NCBI GenBank assembly: GCA_902566955.1
Contig: CACFKX010000002.1
Coordinates: forward strand, 15,706 to 79,705
Source: an uncultured SAR86 cluster bacterium
GTDB taxonomy: Bacteria; Pseudomonadota; Gammaproteobacteria; Magnimaribacterales; AG-339-G14
DNA: 64,000 nucleotides
Reading direction: 5' to 3'
In this document: positions 1-10,343 of the stretch, one piece after another
Layout: each line of letters starts with the position of its first letter
Numbering within the stretch: position 1 is the first letter of the stretch
Program-made: the position numbers and the translations under genes
The notes under the pieces: model-generated
The model's database searches: none
Seen by the model: the letters and a program-made list of their open reading frames with translations, nothing else
Told to the model about the DNA's origin: nothing

Positions 1-2010
1 AACACTTTGAGTGGCTAAATCAAATCTATAATTATCCATATGCGTATTCATAGAAACTATCGTGCGATTTAATTTCTCCACGATCCATTTATCTTCGGGA
101 GTTTTTATAAATTGATTAGTCTTTTTGAAAATAGCTGGCTTATTTAATTCAATGAATCTAGAGGCATTCCATAGTTTGTTACAAAAATTTCTATAACCTT
201 CTACGCGTTTCATATCAAAATTAATATCTCTACTTCCAGAGGCAAGAGACAAAAAAGTAAATCTCAAAGCATCAGTACCGTGAGCTTTTATTCCCTGAGG
301 ATAATCTTTCTTTGTCTGTTTGATTATCTTCTGCTCGTCGTCTGGATTTAACAGACCAGAAATTCTTTTTGAAATAAGAGCTTCTAAATTTATTCCATCA
401 ATAATATCCAAAGGATCAAGAACATTTCCTTTTGACTTAGACATTTTTTGGCCTTCACTATCTCTGATAAGCCCAGTAATGTAGATTTCTTTAAACGGTA
501 TTGCCTTTGTGAAATGCTTTGTCATCATTATCATCCGGGCGACCCAAAAAAAGATGATGTCGAAACCAGTCACTAATAAAGAGGTAGGGTGATACTTATC
601 TAATCTTTTTGTTTGTTGGGGCCAACCAAGGGTAGCAAAAGTCCACAAAGAGGAAGAAAACCAAGTATCCAGAACATCTTGATCTTGAACCAAAGATATT
701 TTTTTATCTAATTTATATTTTTTTCTAATATCTTTCTCGTTTTCTCCGCAATATTCACCTCCATCTTGGTCATACCAAATTGGGATTTGATGACCCCACC
801 ACAATTGCCTACTGATGCACCAATCTTGAAGCTCATTCATCCAAGAGAAATAGGTTTTTTTCCAATTATCAGGAATAAAATTGATTGACTTTTTTCTGAC
901 CAGGCTCAAGGCTTCCTTACCAATAAGGTCTGTATTTAAGTACCATTGATCTGTTAGATAAGGCTCTAATATCGTGTCGGATCTTTCTGCTCTTGGAATA
1001 GACAATTTATGCGGTTCAATTCTCTCTAACATCTGGATATCTTTTAAAGATTTAATAATTTCTCTCCTAGCATCAAAACGATCCATGCCCGAGAAAGGGG
1101 CCGGAGTCTCAGCATTCAAAGTGCCATCAGGATTCAAAATATTTATAGGCTCTAGTCCATGTTTTATACCTAATTCATAGTCATTAAAATCATGACCAGG
1201 AGTGATTTTCAAACAACCAGTACCAAAATCTCTATCAACGTACGGATCAGCAATGATGGGGATATATTTATCGGTAAAAGGTATTTTTGCTTTTAAACCT
1301 ATTAATTTTTTATATCTTTTGTCCTTGGGATGAACAGCTATTGCCTGATCACCAAACATTGTTTCAGGCCGAGTTGTAGCAACAATAATAAAGCCATCTC
1401 CAACTTCATATTTGATATGCCAAATATTCCCATTTTCTTCCCTCGTGGTTACCTCTAAGTCGGATAAGCCAGTCTCATTTTTGGGATCCCAATTAACCAA
1501 TCTATTCTTCTTAAAAATCAGTCCTTTTTCATAAAGTTCAATGAATACTTTTCTTACAATATGCGCATAATCTTCATCCATGGTGAAAGCTTCATTTTCC
1601 CAGTCTAAAGATGCACCTAACCTTCTTAATTGACTTGTGATGGTATTTCCTGACTTGCTTTTCCACTTCCAGACTTCTTTGATAAATCTATCTCTCCCTA
1701 ATTTATTTTTACTTTTATTTTCCTTTTCAAGATTTCTTTCAACGACTATTTCTGTTGATATGCCAGCATGATCTGTACCTGGCTGCCATAACACATCATA
1801 TCCATTCATTCGTTTGTATCTACAAATCGAATCCATGATAGATGTTTGAAAGCCATGCCCCATGTGTAGAACCCCTGTCACATTTGGGGGCGGAAGCATG
1901 ATGGAGAAAGCTTTGCTATTTTTCTTTAAGCTTGGTGAAAATAATTTAGATTCTTCCCATTTAGAAGACCACAATCTCTCAATTTTTTTGGGCTGGTATT
2001 TAGAATCCAT
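1..2010 (-). CDS. valS: Valyl-tRNA synthetase, 5' ~670 codons (gene continues beyond window start)
   Basis: Absent from the ORF track because it runs off the edge. My reverse-strand translation from ATG 2010..2008 gives MDSKYQPKKIERLWSSKWEESKLF...LPPPNVTGVLHMGHGFQ (class I HIGH motif), and further in DWCISRQLWWGHQIPIWY (ValRS-type). The pepA-holC-valS order matches E. coli. Confidence 0.9.
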   Translation of the reverse strand, partial: MDSKYQPKKIERLWSSKWEESKLFSPSLKKNSKAFSIMLPPPNVTGVLHMGHGFQTSIMDSICRYKRMNGYDVLWQPGTDHAGISTEIVVERNLEKENKSKNKLGRDRFIKEVWKWKSKSGNTITSQLRRLGASLDWENEAFTMDEDYAHIVRKVFIELYEKGLIFKKNRLVNWDPKNETGLSDLEVTTREENGNIWHIKYEVGDGFIIVATTRPETMFGDQAIAVHPKDKRYKKLIGLKAKIPFTDKYIPIIADPYVDRDFGTGCLKITPGHDFNDYELGIKHGLEPINILNPDGTLNAETPAPFSGMDRFDARREIIKSLKDIQMLERIEPHKLSIPRAERSDTILEPYLTDQWYLNTDLIGKEALSLVRKKSINFIPDNWKKTYFSWMNELQDWCISRQLWWGHQIPIWYDQDGGEYCGENEKDIRKKYKLDKKISLVQDQDVLDTWFSSSLWTFATLGWPQQTKRLDKYHPTSLLVTGFDIIFFWVARMIMMTKHFTKAIPFKEIYITGLIRDSEGQKMSKSKGNVLDPLDIIDGINLEALISKRISGLLNPDDEQKIIKQTKKDYPQGIKAHGTDALRFTFLSLASGSRDINFDMKRVEGYRNFCNKLWNASRFIELNKPAIFKKTNQFIKTPEDKWIVEKLNRTIVSMNTHMDNYRFDLATQSV

Positions 2011-2447
2011 TATCCAATATAGTCTGGTTTAATTCCGTATTCTAAACAAACTTTAAAACTCTCTCTCGCAATCTTTTGATATTCACCGCCATCTTCGATA
2101 ACCAATTGATAAGAGGATTTAAAATCTTGAAAATTCGAAGGCAATTTTGGATTCAAATTAATCAAATAAGTATTTTTATTACAAGGATGCTTTATTCCAG
2201 GGAAGGAAATCAAAATTGGAGCATCAGGTGAATCTAAATCATTACAGATTTTATGAGGTAGAAAAATATCTGAAATATTTTCCCACAGAAAGTCATCTAA
2301 TTTTTTTGCTTGATTTAGATCTTCACAATTTATGACAATATAATTTTTTTCGTCAGATTCAATATTTTTCCAATAGAGGTCTTTTGTAAATTGGCAGCAA
2401 AACTTTTCTCCCTCGTCTAAGGAAGTTCCAGCTTTGTAAAATTCCAT
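2010..2447 (-). CDS. holC: DNA polymerase III chi subunit
   Basis: 145-aa ORF. The CED..QAKKLDDFLW...FLPH region aligns with E. coli chi (CEDEKQAYRLDEALW..FVPH). It is sandwiched between pepA and valS, and its stop overlaps the valS ATG (TAATG). Confidence 0.8.
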   Translation of the reverse strand: MEFYKAGTSLDEGEKFCCQFTKDLYWKNIESDEKNYIVINCEDLNQAKKLDDFLWENISDIFLPHKICNDLDSPDAPILISFPGIKHPCNKNTYLINLNPKLPSNFQDFKSSYQLVIEDGGEYQKIARESFKVCLEYGIKPDYIG

Positions 2448-2450
2448 TAA

Positions 2451-3956
2451 TTACGATTGAGACAATAGGTAATTAGTTAAGAGTGGAACAGGTCTTCCTC
2501 TTGAGGCTTTCGCTTTTCCAGACCCATGAGCTGTCCCGGCTACATCAAGATGCGCCCAAGGATACTTTTTAGTAAACCTTGAAAGGAAACAAGCAGCAGT
2601 AATTGTTCCAGCTCGCCCACCAATGTTGGCTATATCAGCAAAATTACTATCCAAATCACCTTGATATTCATCCCATAGAGGCAATTGCCATGCTTTGTCC
2701 ATTGAAGCATGACCAGCATCTATTATTTTGTCGGCTAATTTCTGATTATTACTCATCAAACCTGAAGCAACATGACCTAAAGCTACTATTACTGCTCCAG
2801 TTAATGTCGCTATATCTATGACATTTTTGGGTTTAAATCTTTCTACATAGGTGAGTGCATCGCAAAGAACTAATCGTCCTTCTGCATCTGTATTAAGTAT
2901 CTCCACAGTTTGCCCAGACATTGTTTTAACGACATCTCCAGGTTTGGTTGCCTTGCTGCCAGGCATATTTTCAGCAGAAGCGACTACTCCAATGATATTA
3001 GACTTTGGTTTTATCAAAGCAATAGCCTCCATGGTTCCTAGGACGCTCGCAGCCCCACTCATGTCATACTTCATTTCATCCATTGCTGGACTTGGCTTTA
3101 AACTTATACCGCCAGTATCAAAAGTTATGCCTTTTCCAACAATAACTTCCGGTTGTTCCGTTTTTTTACCACCTTTGTATTCGATAATAATGAACTTAGA
3201 TTCTTGAACACTCCCATTTCCAACAGACAAAAGACAATGCATTCCAAGCTTTTCCATTTCTTTTTCACCTAGAACTTTCACAGATAGATTTTTATATTTT
3301 CTTCCAAGCTCTTTAGCAGTATTTCCAAGGTAAGTAGGCGTACAAATATTTGCAGGAGTATTGCCAAGCTCCTTCATTCTGTTTATCCCAACACCTATGT
3401 TAGTCCCAATAGATATTGATTTTCTTAGATCGTTAATATTTTTTTTGGAGTTAATAAGTAAATTTACGGACGCAAGAATATTATTTTTTTGTTCTTTTTT
3501 TCCATCAAAAATATATTTATAAGTCGAAGATTCCAATTGCATTGAAAGGTTTTGCAAGAACCAAGAAAAATCTCTTTTTTCAAATTTAATTTCTGGAAGA
3601 AACAAAGAAACTTTTTTTGTATTTGCAGTTTTTGCTAAGGTGCAAATTTTGGTTATTAACTTCGATGCATTATCATCTTTGAATTTATCTGACGTATTAC
3701 CTAATCCTAACAAGAAAAACTTTTTATCTTTTTGATCCGATAGGGCGGGGATATAACAAGTAGTATTAACTTTTCCTGAGAATTCTTTTCTTTTTAACAA
3801 AGTGTTCATTAGGCCCTTAGAAGCCTTATTGAATATATTTTTACTGGATTGAGAGTTGCCGTTTTCTTGAATACCAATAATAAGAGTTTCGTTTTTATCA
3901 GAAAGCATCTCATTTGGAGAAGTTATAGATAGATTTATTTTTAAATTTGATGTCAT
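2451..3956 (-). CDS. pepA: Leucyl (M17) aminopeptidase
   Basis: 501 aa with M17 motifs VGKGITFDTGGISLKP and NTDAEGRLVLCDAL. Divergent from lptFG as in E. coli. Confidence 0.93.
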   Translation of the reverse strand: MTSNLKINLSITSPNEMLSDKNETLIIGIQENGNSQSSKNIFNKASKGLMNTLLKRKEFSGKVNTTCYIPALSDQKDKKFFLLGLGNTSDKFKDDNASKLITKICTLAKTANTKKVSLFLPEIKFEKRDFSWFLQNLSMQLESSTYKYIFDGKKEQKNNILASVNLLINSKKNINDLRKSISIGTNIGVGINRMKELGNTPANICTPTYLGNTAKELGRKYKNLSVKVLGEKEMEKLGMHCLLSVGNGSVQESKFIIIEYKGGKKTEQPEVIVGKGITFDTGGISLKPSPAMDEMKYDMSGAASVLGTMEAIALIKPKSNIIGVVASAENMPGSKATKPGDVVKTMSGQTVEILNTDAEGRLVLCDALTYVERFKPKNVIDIATLTGAVIVALGHVASGLMSNNQKLADKIIDAGHASMDKAWQLPLWDEYQGDLDSNFADIANIGGRAGTITAACFLSRFTKKYPWAHLDVAGTAHGSGKAKASRGRPVPLLTNYLLSQS

Positions 3957-4014
3957 TTATTACTCCTTAGTAAGCCAAAATTCTGTGGGATAATATCACC
4001 ATAGACAAATTAAA

Positions 4015-5181
4015 ATGTTCAGCATTATATCTAAGTATATTATCAGAAGCTTCTTACAGACTTTTTTAGTTATATTCTCAGTACTATTTTTAGCCTTTTT
4101 CTTTCTAAGAAGCATTGATTTCTTAGAAGTTGCAGCCAGAGGAGATATGTATCCACAAATTGCCTTGGGTTATATATTTTTTAACACTCCAAGTGTCATT
4201 GAGATTATTCTCCCTTTGAGCATCTTCCTTTCAACTTTAATCTGCATTGCAAGAATGAATACAAGTAATGAAATAAATTTCATGCGGCAGATGGGGTTAA
4301 AGAGCGGTAACTTTCTTAAAATCCTTGCAATACCAATACTGTTAATGTCTTTTTTTGCACTATTTATATCTCTGATAGTCTCTCCTTATTCTCTAGACTC
4401 TTTGTATAAGCTTACAAGTAATCAAACTTTCTCTGATAGATTCAAAATGATGGGGGCAGGGAAGCCTACCTATTTTGAGGATGTGAATACTACCTTTTTT
4501 GCCAAAGAATCTAATGACTTTGATTTTGGATTTAGTGAAATATTTGCATCAATTGAACATGAAGATATGGAGATCATTCTAACGGCAGATCAAGTTTCTT
4601 CTATACCCACTGACAAATCTACCAACAGATTAACTTTTAAGAATGGGAAAATTGTTGGCCTAGAGATGGAGGGAGACTTTTTGATGAACTTCTCGCACCT
4701 AGAATTTACTTTTCCCAGAAAAATTAAAACCTCATCGACCGATCTAAGTCATCTTTCAATGACTAGCCTGATCTCAAATTTAGAGAATAATCGAGAACAA
4801 TCAGAACTTTTTAAAAGGCTATCAATTTTTGTATTAATTATTGTGAGTGCCTTCGTTGCTCTCAATTTTGGAATTTCAAATCATAGAATTGGCTTCACAG
4901 TATCATTAATTACTGGATCGTTATTCTTTTTGCTTTATTTTGGTATTTATTTAGGTTTGCAAAACTGGACGCTATCTTCTGACTACAATCCATCTATTTC
5001 TTTTGCTGCTTTTCACTTAGTATTTTTTTTGGCGGGTGTTTTCCTTAGTTATTTTCTTAATAAAGAGTCACCCATAAATATTTACAGTAGTGGAGTATCT
5101 TCAATAAATAACTTTCAATTAATATTTAATCTAGTTCTCCTGGCTTTTGTAATTTATATGTTTTTTTACTTTTTAATCTAA
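4015..5181 (+). CDS. lptF: LPS export ABC permease LptF
   Basis: 388-aa multi-TM YjgP/YjgQ-type protein, divergent from pepA and directly followed by its paralogue (lptG). This is the canonical arrangement. Confidence 0.85.
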   Translation: MFSIISKYIIRSFLQTFLVIFSVLFLAFFFLRSIDFLEVAARGDMYPQIALGYIFFNTPSVIEIILPLSIFLSTLICIARMNTSNEINFMRQMGLKSGNFLKILAIPILLMSFFALFISLIVSPYSLDSLYKLTSNQTFSDRFKMMGAGKPTYFEDVNTTFFAKESNDFDFGFSEIFASIEHEDMEIILTADQVSSIPTDKSTNRLTFKNGKIVGLEMEGDFLMNFSHLEFTFPRKIKTSSTDLSHLSMTSLISNLENNREQSELFKRLSIFVLIIVSAFVALNFGISNHRIGFTVSLITGSLFFLLYFGIYLGLQNWTLSSDYNPSISFAAFHLVFFLAGVFLSYFLNKESPINIYSSGVSSINNFQLIFNLVLLAFVIYMFFYFLI

Positions 5182-6201
5182 ATGTTTAAGAATCTATTTG
5201 ATATAACTGGTGTGTTGATACAGCTTTCAATCCTCAAAAGCATAGGTTTGGTTTTTTTGATCCTTTTTTCTCTTGATTTCATTATAATGATGGTGGGCGA
5301 GTTACAAAATTTATCCGATTATCAGAATTTTGAATCTTTTATAATTTCATTATCTTTTAGTCTGCCTAAAAGAATTTATGATCTGGTTCCTTTGGCCTGT
5401 TTGATTGGTGCAATAGTTTCTTACGGAAGACTTCAAGAGTCTGGAGAACTGATTGCCATAAGGGTTTTGGGAAAATCATTCAAACAAATCTTCTCTTCAA
5501 TGCTTCTTCCAATATTTATCCTCTTATCAATAATGCTCATGATAGGGGAATTTGTTATTCCAAGTTCAAATTTGATGTCTGAAGTTTATAAAACAAATCC
5601 TCAGCAAGCGAAAAAAGCTCAGTGGTTAACGAGAAAAAATGAACTCATTTACCTAGGTGATATATCTAGCGATAAAATTGAGAATTTAAGAATTTATGAA
5701 TTTAACTCTGAAGGCGATATTGATTCAGTTTTTAAAAAAGATGAGTTTGATCTTTCGCTCGATCAAAAAGAAGCACTTTTTAAAGATAGAGCTTCCGATA
5801 ATCAAATACAAAAAATATGGAAAGCTCCTTCTAAAATTGAGCTTTCAAAATACATTAAGTTAAACAGACAACCTCCATCTTTGCTTTTTCAGAATTTTAA
5901 ATTTTCAGATAGCACCAGAGAGAAGAACTTATTTCTGTGGCAGTTTTTAAAAAAAATTATACAACCAATATCTGTCTCAATTTTTGTGTTGTTAGCCCTC
6001 ATCTCTTGCCAAGCATTCTTGAGAGATTATTCCATCACTTATAAGCTACTCACAGGAGTGGTTTTAACAATATTTTTCAACTTTACGGAAAAAATAGCGG
6101 GGAACGTCTCCATCGTTTTTGGCTTCAGCCCACTTATAACTACTTTTATTTTTCTTCTTGGACTTGTAAGTCTTATTTTTCTATTCAGTAAAAGACTTTA
6201 A
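5182..6201 (+). CDS. lptG: LPS export ABC permease LptG
   Basis: 339-aa YjgP/YjgQ-type membrane protein that starts 1 nt after the lptF stop. Confidence 0.85.
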   Translation: MFKNLFDITGVLIQLSILKSIGLVFLILFSLDFIIMMVGELQNLSDYQNFESFIISLSFSLPKRIYDLVPLACLIGAIVSYGRLQESGELIAIRVLGKSFKQIFSSMLLPIFILLSIMLMIGEFVIPSSNLMSEVYKTNPQQAKKAQWLTRKNELIYLGDISSDKIENLRIYEFNSEGDIDSVFKKDEFDLSLDQKEALFKDRASDNQIQKIWKAPSKIELSKYIKLNRQPPSLLFQNFKFSDSTREKNLFLWQFLKKIIQPISVSIFVLLALISCQAFLRDYSITYKLLTGVVLTIFFNFTEKIAGNVSIVFGFSPLITTFIFLLGLVSLIFLFSKRL

Positions 6202-6596
6202 GAGCGAACTATTTTGGTCTTTGAGAAGATATCATTGAGACTTCTTTTATCTGATCTAAACAGAATCACAAAAAAATTTAAACCCGCTATTGATCCAAAT
6301 AATAAGCCCAACACCAACCTTTGAAGCATAGATTTTATAGAGATTGATTGATTGTCATCTGCAACTAATTTTATTTTCCAAGCTTGCATTCCAAGGGTTT
6401 GTCCATCGTTGAAATGCCAAAAATAAACATAAAAAATAAAAGATATTAAAAAATACGAGAGGAACATCAAATTGCTTCCTAGGAGAGATGAAATCGCGCC
6501 ACCGTTAATGATAACGATCAATAAGGTGAAACTGAGCAATATGCCTGCTATTAAAAGCAGGTCATAAAATAACGCCAATAATCTTCTAAAGAACAT
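6198..6596 (-). CDS. RDD-family small membrane protein
   Basis: The ORF-track frame runs 6198..6686, but the first 30 codons overlap the divergent POT gene. The internal start MFFRRLLALFYDLLLIAG... gives a 132-aa, 3-TM protein with RDD-family features (R..D early, DGQTLGM, RSLNDIFSKTKIV). Confidence 0.65.
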   Translation of the reverse strand: MFFRRLLALFYDLLLIAGILLSFTLLIVIINGGAISSLLGSNLMFLSYFLISFIFYVYFWHFNDGQTLGMQAWKIKLVADDNQSISIKSMLQRLVLGLLFGSIAGLNFFVILFRSDKRSLNDIFSKTKIVRS

Positions 6597-6629
6597 ACTA
6601 GAATTATGATATCTTAAATTCCTATATTT

Positions 6630-8123
6630 ATGATGAATCCAGATACAGAAAATACAGATTCGACCAACCAAGGATTTTTTGGTCATCCAAAAGGCTTAAG
6701 GACACTTTTTTTTACCGAACTTTGGGAAAGGATGTCCTATTACGGGATGCGTGGTTTATTGGTTCTCTACATGACCGTAGGGGTGACTGGCAATCCTGGT
6801 TTAAATTGGTCCAATGCAGAAGCAAATGCAATTTACGGCATCTATGCAGGAATGGTCTATTTCCTAGCTCTTCCAGGCGGTTGGTTGGCAGATAACCTAT
6901 TGGGCTATCAAAGAGCGGTTTTATTTGGAGCTTTGATCATAATGCTCGGTCACTTCACTTTAGCGATTCCATTAGAACAAACATTTATTCTAGGACTAAT
7001 TTTAGTTGCTGCTGGAACAGGTTTACTTAAACCCAATATATCATCGATTGTTGGCCAACTTTATTCTACTAACGACGATAGAAGAGATTCCGGTTTTACA
7101 ATTTTCTACATGTCTATCAACATCGGAAGCATGCTTGGTTTTGCAGTCTGCGGATGGTTAGGGGAAAAAGTAGGATGGCATTGGGGATTTGGTGCAGCCG
7201 GATTTGGAATGCTTCTGGGTGTAATCCAATTTATTTATTTTAGAGGCCAACTTGGAGAAGCCGGTTTGAATCCGAATCCTAATTCTGACGTATATAAAAT
7301 TAAGCTCAGAAATATTTCTTTAGGGATTATTGTGTTGGTTTCCTTAATAGTCCTCTCAGGCCTTTTAGGGTGGTGGTCGGTTGATGCAGTATTTTTTGCT
7401 GAAAGATTTAGAGATTTCCTTGTCATCCTTTCAATGGTTTATTTTGCCTACCTTTTCCTTTTTGCCAGACTCAACTCAGCAGAGAAAAGAAACGTCTTGA
7501 TGCTTCTATTATTGTTCATAGGTGCTGCAGCTTTTTGGTCTGGATTTGATCAATCAGCCGGATCTTTGACTATTTTTACAAGAGACTATGTTGATCTAAC
7601 CTTTGGATCATTTACTGCACCTGTTAGCTGGACTCAATTCGCAAATCCACTGTTCGTAGTAATGTTCGCTCCGTTTTTTGCCTACATATGGGTATTCTTA
7701 GGAAAAAGGAATCTTAATCCAAACACTCCTGTTAAATTTGCTATAGGTTTAATCTTCATGGCGTTGGGTTTTATAATCATGCTCTTTGCAGTCGAGTACG
7801 CTTTAGTTTCATCCCCAGTAGGTGTCCAGTGGTTGCTGTTAACTTATTTACTCCATACCTTTGGAGAGTTAGCTTTATCTCCAGTAGGGTTATCAGCTTT
7901 TTCTAAATACTCTCCAAAGAGATACTTAGGACAAATGATGGGATTGTGGTTTCTTGCCTCTTCCTTGGGAGGAGTCTTAGCAGGATTGTTCGGTGGTGAG
8001 GCAACGTCAACTGGATTAGATAGCATGACGCCTATATTTTCAGAGCTAGTTTATTACTACCTTGTTTTAGCAGTGGTTTTAATTGTTTTATCTTTCTTTA
8101 TTAAAGGAAAAGTTGAAGAGTAA
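6630..8123 (+). CDS. Proton-dependent oligopeptide (POT/PTR2) di-/tripeptide transporter
   Basis: 497 aa and about 14 TM. The N-terminal signature GHPKGLRTLFFTELWERMSYYGMRGLLVLYM is typical of DtpT/DtpA-type POT transporters. Confidence 0.88.
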   Translation: MMNPDTENTDSTNQGFFGHPKGLRTLFFTELWERMSYYGMRGLLVLYMTVGVTGNPGLNWSNAEANAIYGIYAGMVYFLALPGGWLADNLLGYQRAVLFGALIIMLGHFTLAIPLEQTFILGLILVAAGTGLLKPNISSIVGQLYSTNDDRRDSGFTIFYMSINIGSMLGFAVCGWLGEKVGWHWGFGAAGFGMLLGVIQFIYFRGQLGEAGLNPNPNSDVYKIKLRNISLGIIVLVSLIVLSGLLGWWSVDAVFFAERFRDFLVILSMVYFAYLFLFARLNSAEKRNVLMLLLLFIGAAAFWSGFDQSAGSLTIFTRDYVDLTFGSFTAPVSWTQFANPLFVVMFAPFFAYIWVFLGKRNLNPNTPVKFAIGLIFMALGFIIMLFAVEYALVSSPVGVQWLLLTYLLHTFGELALSPVGLSAFSKYSPKRYLGQMMGLWFLASSLGGVLAGLFGGEATSTGLDSMTPIFSELVYYYLVLAVVLIVLSFFIKGKVEE

Positions 8124-8127
8124 AACT

Positions 8128-8289
8128 TTAAAAAAAGTTATACCAAATTACTGATACTAGAAAACCTAAGAAACTTAATTGCAAAGACAGCCACCACCTT
8201 TTCTTTGGTTCAATTCCCTTGAAAATAAAAGTAGTGGCATAGGCAATTACATAAAGAGCCAGCCAAGTTAGAAGAAGATTGATGACCAT
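8128..8289 (-). CDS. Hypothetical 53-aa two-TM membrane peptide (below ORF-track cutoff)
   Basis: My translation is MVINLLLTWLALYVIAYATTFIFKGIEPKKRWWLSLQLSFLGFLVSVIWYNFF*. Its ATG (8289..8287) overlaps the dapD stop codon (TAATG). It fills an otherwise unexplained 165-nt gap. I recognise no homologue. Confidence 0.4.
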   Translation of the reverse strand: MVINLLLTWLALYVIAYATTFIFKGIEPKKRWWLSLQLSFLGFLVSVIWYNFF

Positions 8290-9176
8290 TAATTATTATC
8301 GTGAAGGTCTTCGTTTAATTCGTTCACGTTTCGGTTGTCTCGACATTCAATTGAGCCGGTGATTGAATTTCTAATGAACAAGAGATCGGACTTATGCGCC
8401 AATTCCATCGCTTTGACAGTTTCTTTTACTTTTCCGTTTTCTATTACTTGAACTTTTGATGAGCCAGTAACATATAGGCCTGATTCAATTGTGCATCGAT
8501 CCCCAAGAGGAATGCCTAAACCAGAATTTGCACCCAGCAAACAACTTTCTCCAATGGATATGGTAACTTCGTTGCCTCCAGATAGAGTTCCAAGAGTAGA
8601 GGCGCCTCCACCAATATCTGATTTATCCCCAACTATCACACCTTGAGCAATTCTGCCTTCAACCATTGCTTCACCTAGGGTTCCTCCATTGAAATTAACC
8701 GAACCTTCATGCATGACTGTTGTTCCTGGCCCAAGATAAGCTCCTAATCTGACTCTGCTGGCATCTGCAATCCTCACGTCATTCAATGCAACGTAATCTG
8801 TCAAGCAAGGAAACTTATCAACTGAATACACTTTTACGTATTCGCCTTTACTTCGTTTTTCATTAAGAAATTCATTTAATTCATTTGAATCTATTGGGCC
8901 AGCTGAGGTCCATGCTACCGTATGTAATATGCCAAAAATACCGTCTAAATTAGTTTCGTTGGGCTTTAACAAGCGAAGAGATAGAAGATGTAACTTCAGA
9001 TAAGCTTCAGGGACTGAAGAGGGTGGAGTATCATCAGAAACTTCTACCTTTTCATATCCTTCTTTAATTTCTGCAGAACTTGTAGATATATCGTCAGGTG
9101 AAAAATACATTTCAATGTATTTACCTTTTTTATTTTTGGTTCCTTTTCCAAAACCAATCCATTTTTGATTCGTCAT
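8289..9176 (-). CDS. dapD: Tetrahydrodipicolinate N-succinyltransferase
   Basis: 295 aa. The left-handed beta-helix hexapeptide region (GAYLGPGTTVMHEGSVNFNGGTLG...VGDKSDIGGGAS...IGESCLLGANSGLGIPLGD) resembles the Pseudomonas-type DapD. It lies adjacent to dapC and map. Confidence 0.85.
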   Translation of the reverse strand: MTNQKWIGFGKGTKNKKGKYIEMYFSPDDISTSSAEIKEGYEKVEVSDDTPPSSVPEAYLKLHLLSLRLLKPNETNLDGIFGILHTVAWTSAGPIDSNELNEFLNEKRSKGEYVKVYSVDKFPCLTDYVALNDVRIADASRVRLGAYLGPGTTVMHEGSVNFNGGTLGEAMVEGRIAQGVIVGDKSDIGGGASTLGTLSGGNEVTISIGESCLLGANSGLGIPLGDRCTIESGLYVTGSSKVQVIENGKVKETVKAMELAHKSDLLFIRNSITGSIECRDNRNVNELNEDLHDNN

Positions 9177-9179
9177 TTT

Positions 9180-10343
9180 TTATAAAAGATTATTGATTCT
9201 TTTCAATGCCTCTTCTGTGGTTTCAAAATCATACACTAAAGCAATTCTTACGTATTTTTCTCCAGGATTAAAACCATTTACCTCGGCGGATAAATAACTT
9301 CCAGGAAGTACAATTAAACCCTCTTTTTCAAGAATTTTTTTTGAGAATGATTGACCGTCTCTAACATCCAACCAAAGATAGAAAGCACCTTCAGGTATTA
9401 CATTGCTTACTTTATCTTTAAGCATATCTGCTGCCAGACTAAATTTATCATTGTAAGATTTTCTATTTTCAGCGACAAAATCATAATTCAGCCAAGCTTC
9501 AACGCTCGCTTTTTGAATTGGTAAAGGAACGCTGACCCCATGAAAAGACCTAAACTTCTTAAAGGCAGAAATGGTTTTTTTACCGGAGCAAGCAAAACCT
9601 GATCTAAAACCAGGTAAATTGGATCTTTTCGATAAGCTATGAAGAGCAACCAATCTATCCGATCTATCTGATGAAGCTTGAAGGATGCTTGGACAGGATT
9701 CCTCCGATGTATATAAATCTACATAACACTCATCAGAAACAACATAAAAATCATACTTATCAGCTAAATCTAAAATATCCTTAAGTTTACTGAGAGGTAA
9801 GACAGACCCAGTTGGATTGTTTGGGGAACAGAGAACTAAAATTTGACACTTTTGCCAATCCTCACTTTTAAGAGAACCTAAATCAGGCTGAAAATTATCT
9901 TCTTCAGGACAATCCAGAAACTTCGCTTCTCCACCGGCAAGAGTCGTTGCTCCGCCGTAAATTTGATAGAAAGGATTAGGCATTACAACATAGGGCTTAT
10001 CTTTAATATTCTCTTTATTAAAAAGAGCCTGAATGATTGAGAATGTTCCTTCTCTTGTGCCAGCTACAAGACAAACTTCATCCTCAGCAACATTCTCTAT
10101 ACCGAAATGACTTTTCAAATATTGTCGATATGCCTCTGATAATTCAGGAACTGCGTTTAAAGGAGGATAGTTTGAAAAAGAATCTGCTTCCTTATTCAAA
10201 ATGTCGAGGACTTTGGAGTCAGCATTTAATTTTGGCTCACCAATGGAAAGATTGATTACATCTTTTGATGGCTTTAAGTCCTTATGAAGAAGATTAAGTT
10301 TTTCAAATGGATAAGATCCAATTTTAGACAGTAAATGATTCAT
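9180..10343 (-). CDS. dapC: Class I/II PLP aminotransferase, probable succinyldiaminopimelate transaminase
   Basis: 387 aa with aminotransferase motifs (NPNNPTG-like SPNNPTGSV, SLSKRSNLPGFRSGF carrying the PLP lysine). The position between map and dapD supports DapC, but the specific function is inferred. Confidence 0.7.
   Translation of the reverse strand: MNHLLSKIGSYPFEKLNLLHKDLKPSKDVINLSIGEPKLNADSKVLDILNKEADSFSNYPPLNAVPELSEAYRQYLKSHFGIENVAEDEVCLVAGTREGTFSIIQALFNKENIKDKPYVVMPNPFYQIYGGATTLAGGEAKFLDCPEEDNFQPDLGSLKSEDWQKCQILVLCSPNNPTGSVLPLSKLKDILDLADKYDFYVVSDECYVDLYTSEESCPSILQASSDRSDRLVALHSLSKRSNLPGFRSGFACSGKKTISAFKKFRSFHGVSVPLPIQKASVEAWLNYDFVAENRKSYNDKFSLAADMLKDKVSNVIPEGAFYLWLDVRDGQSFSKKILEKEGLIVLPGSYLSAEVNGFNPGEKYVRIALVYDFETTEEALKRINNLL

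Noticed and set aside
3986-3994. TGgGATAAT upstream of lptF, considered as an extended -10 promoter.
   Set aside because: It is plausible, but there is no acceptable -35, and -10-like hexamers are frequent in AT-rich sequence. It is too weak to list as a feature.
8124-8139. A small inverted repeat, AACTTT-aaaa-AAAGTT, between the POT transporter stop and the small ORF stop, considered as a bidirectional terminator.
   Set aside because: The stem is only 6 bp with a single G:C pair, in an AT-rich genome where such repeats arise by chance. Its predicted stability is too low to call.
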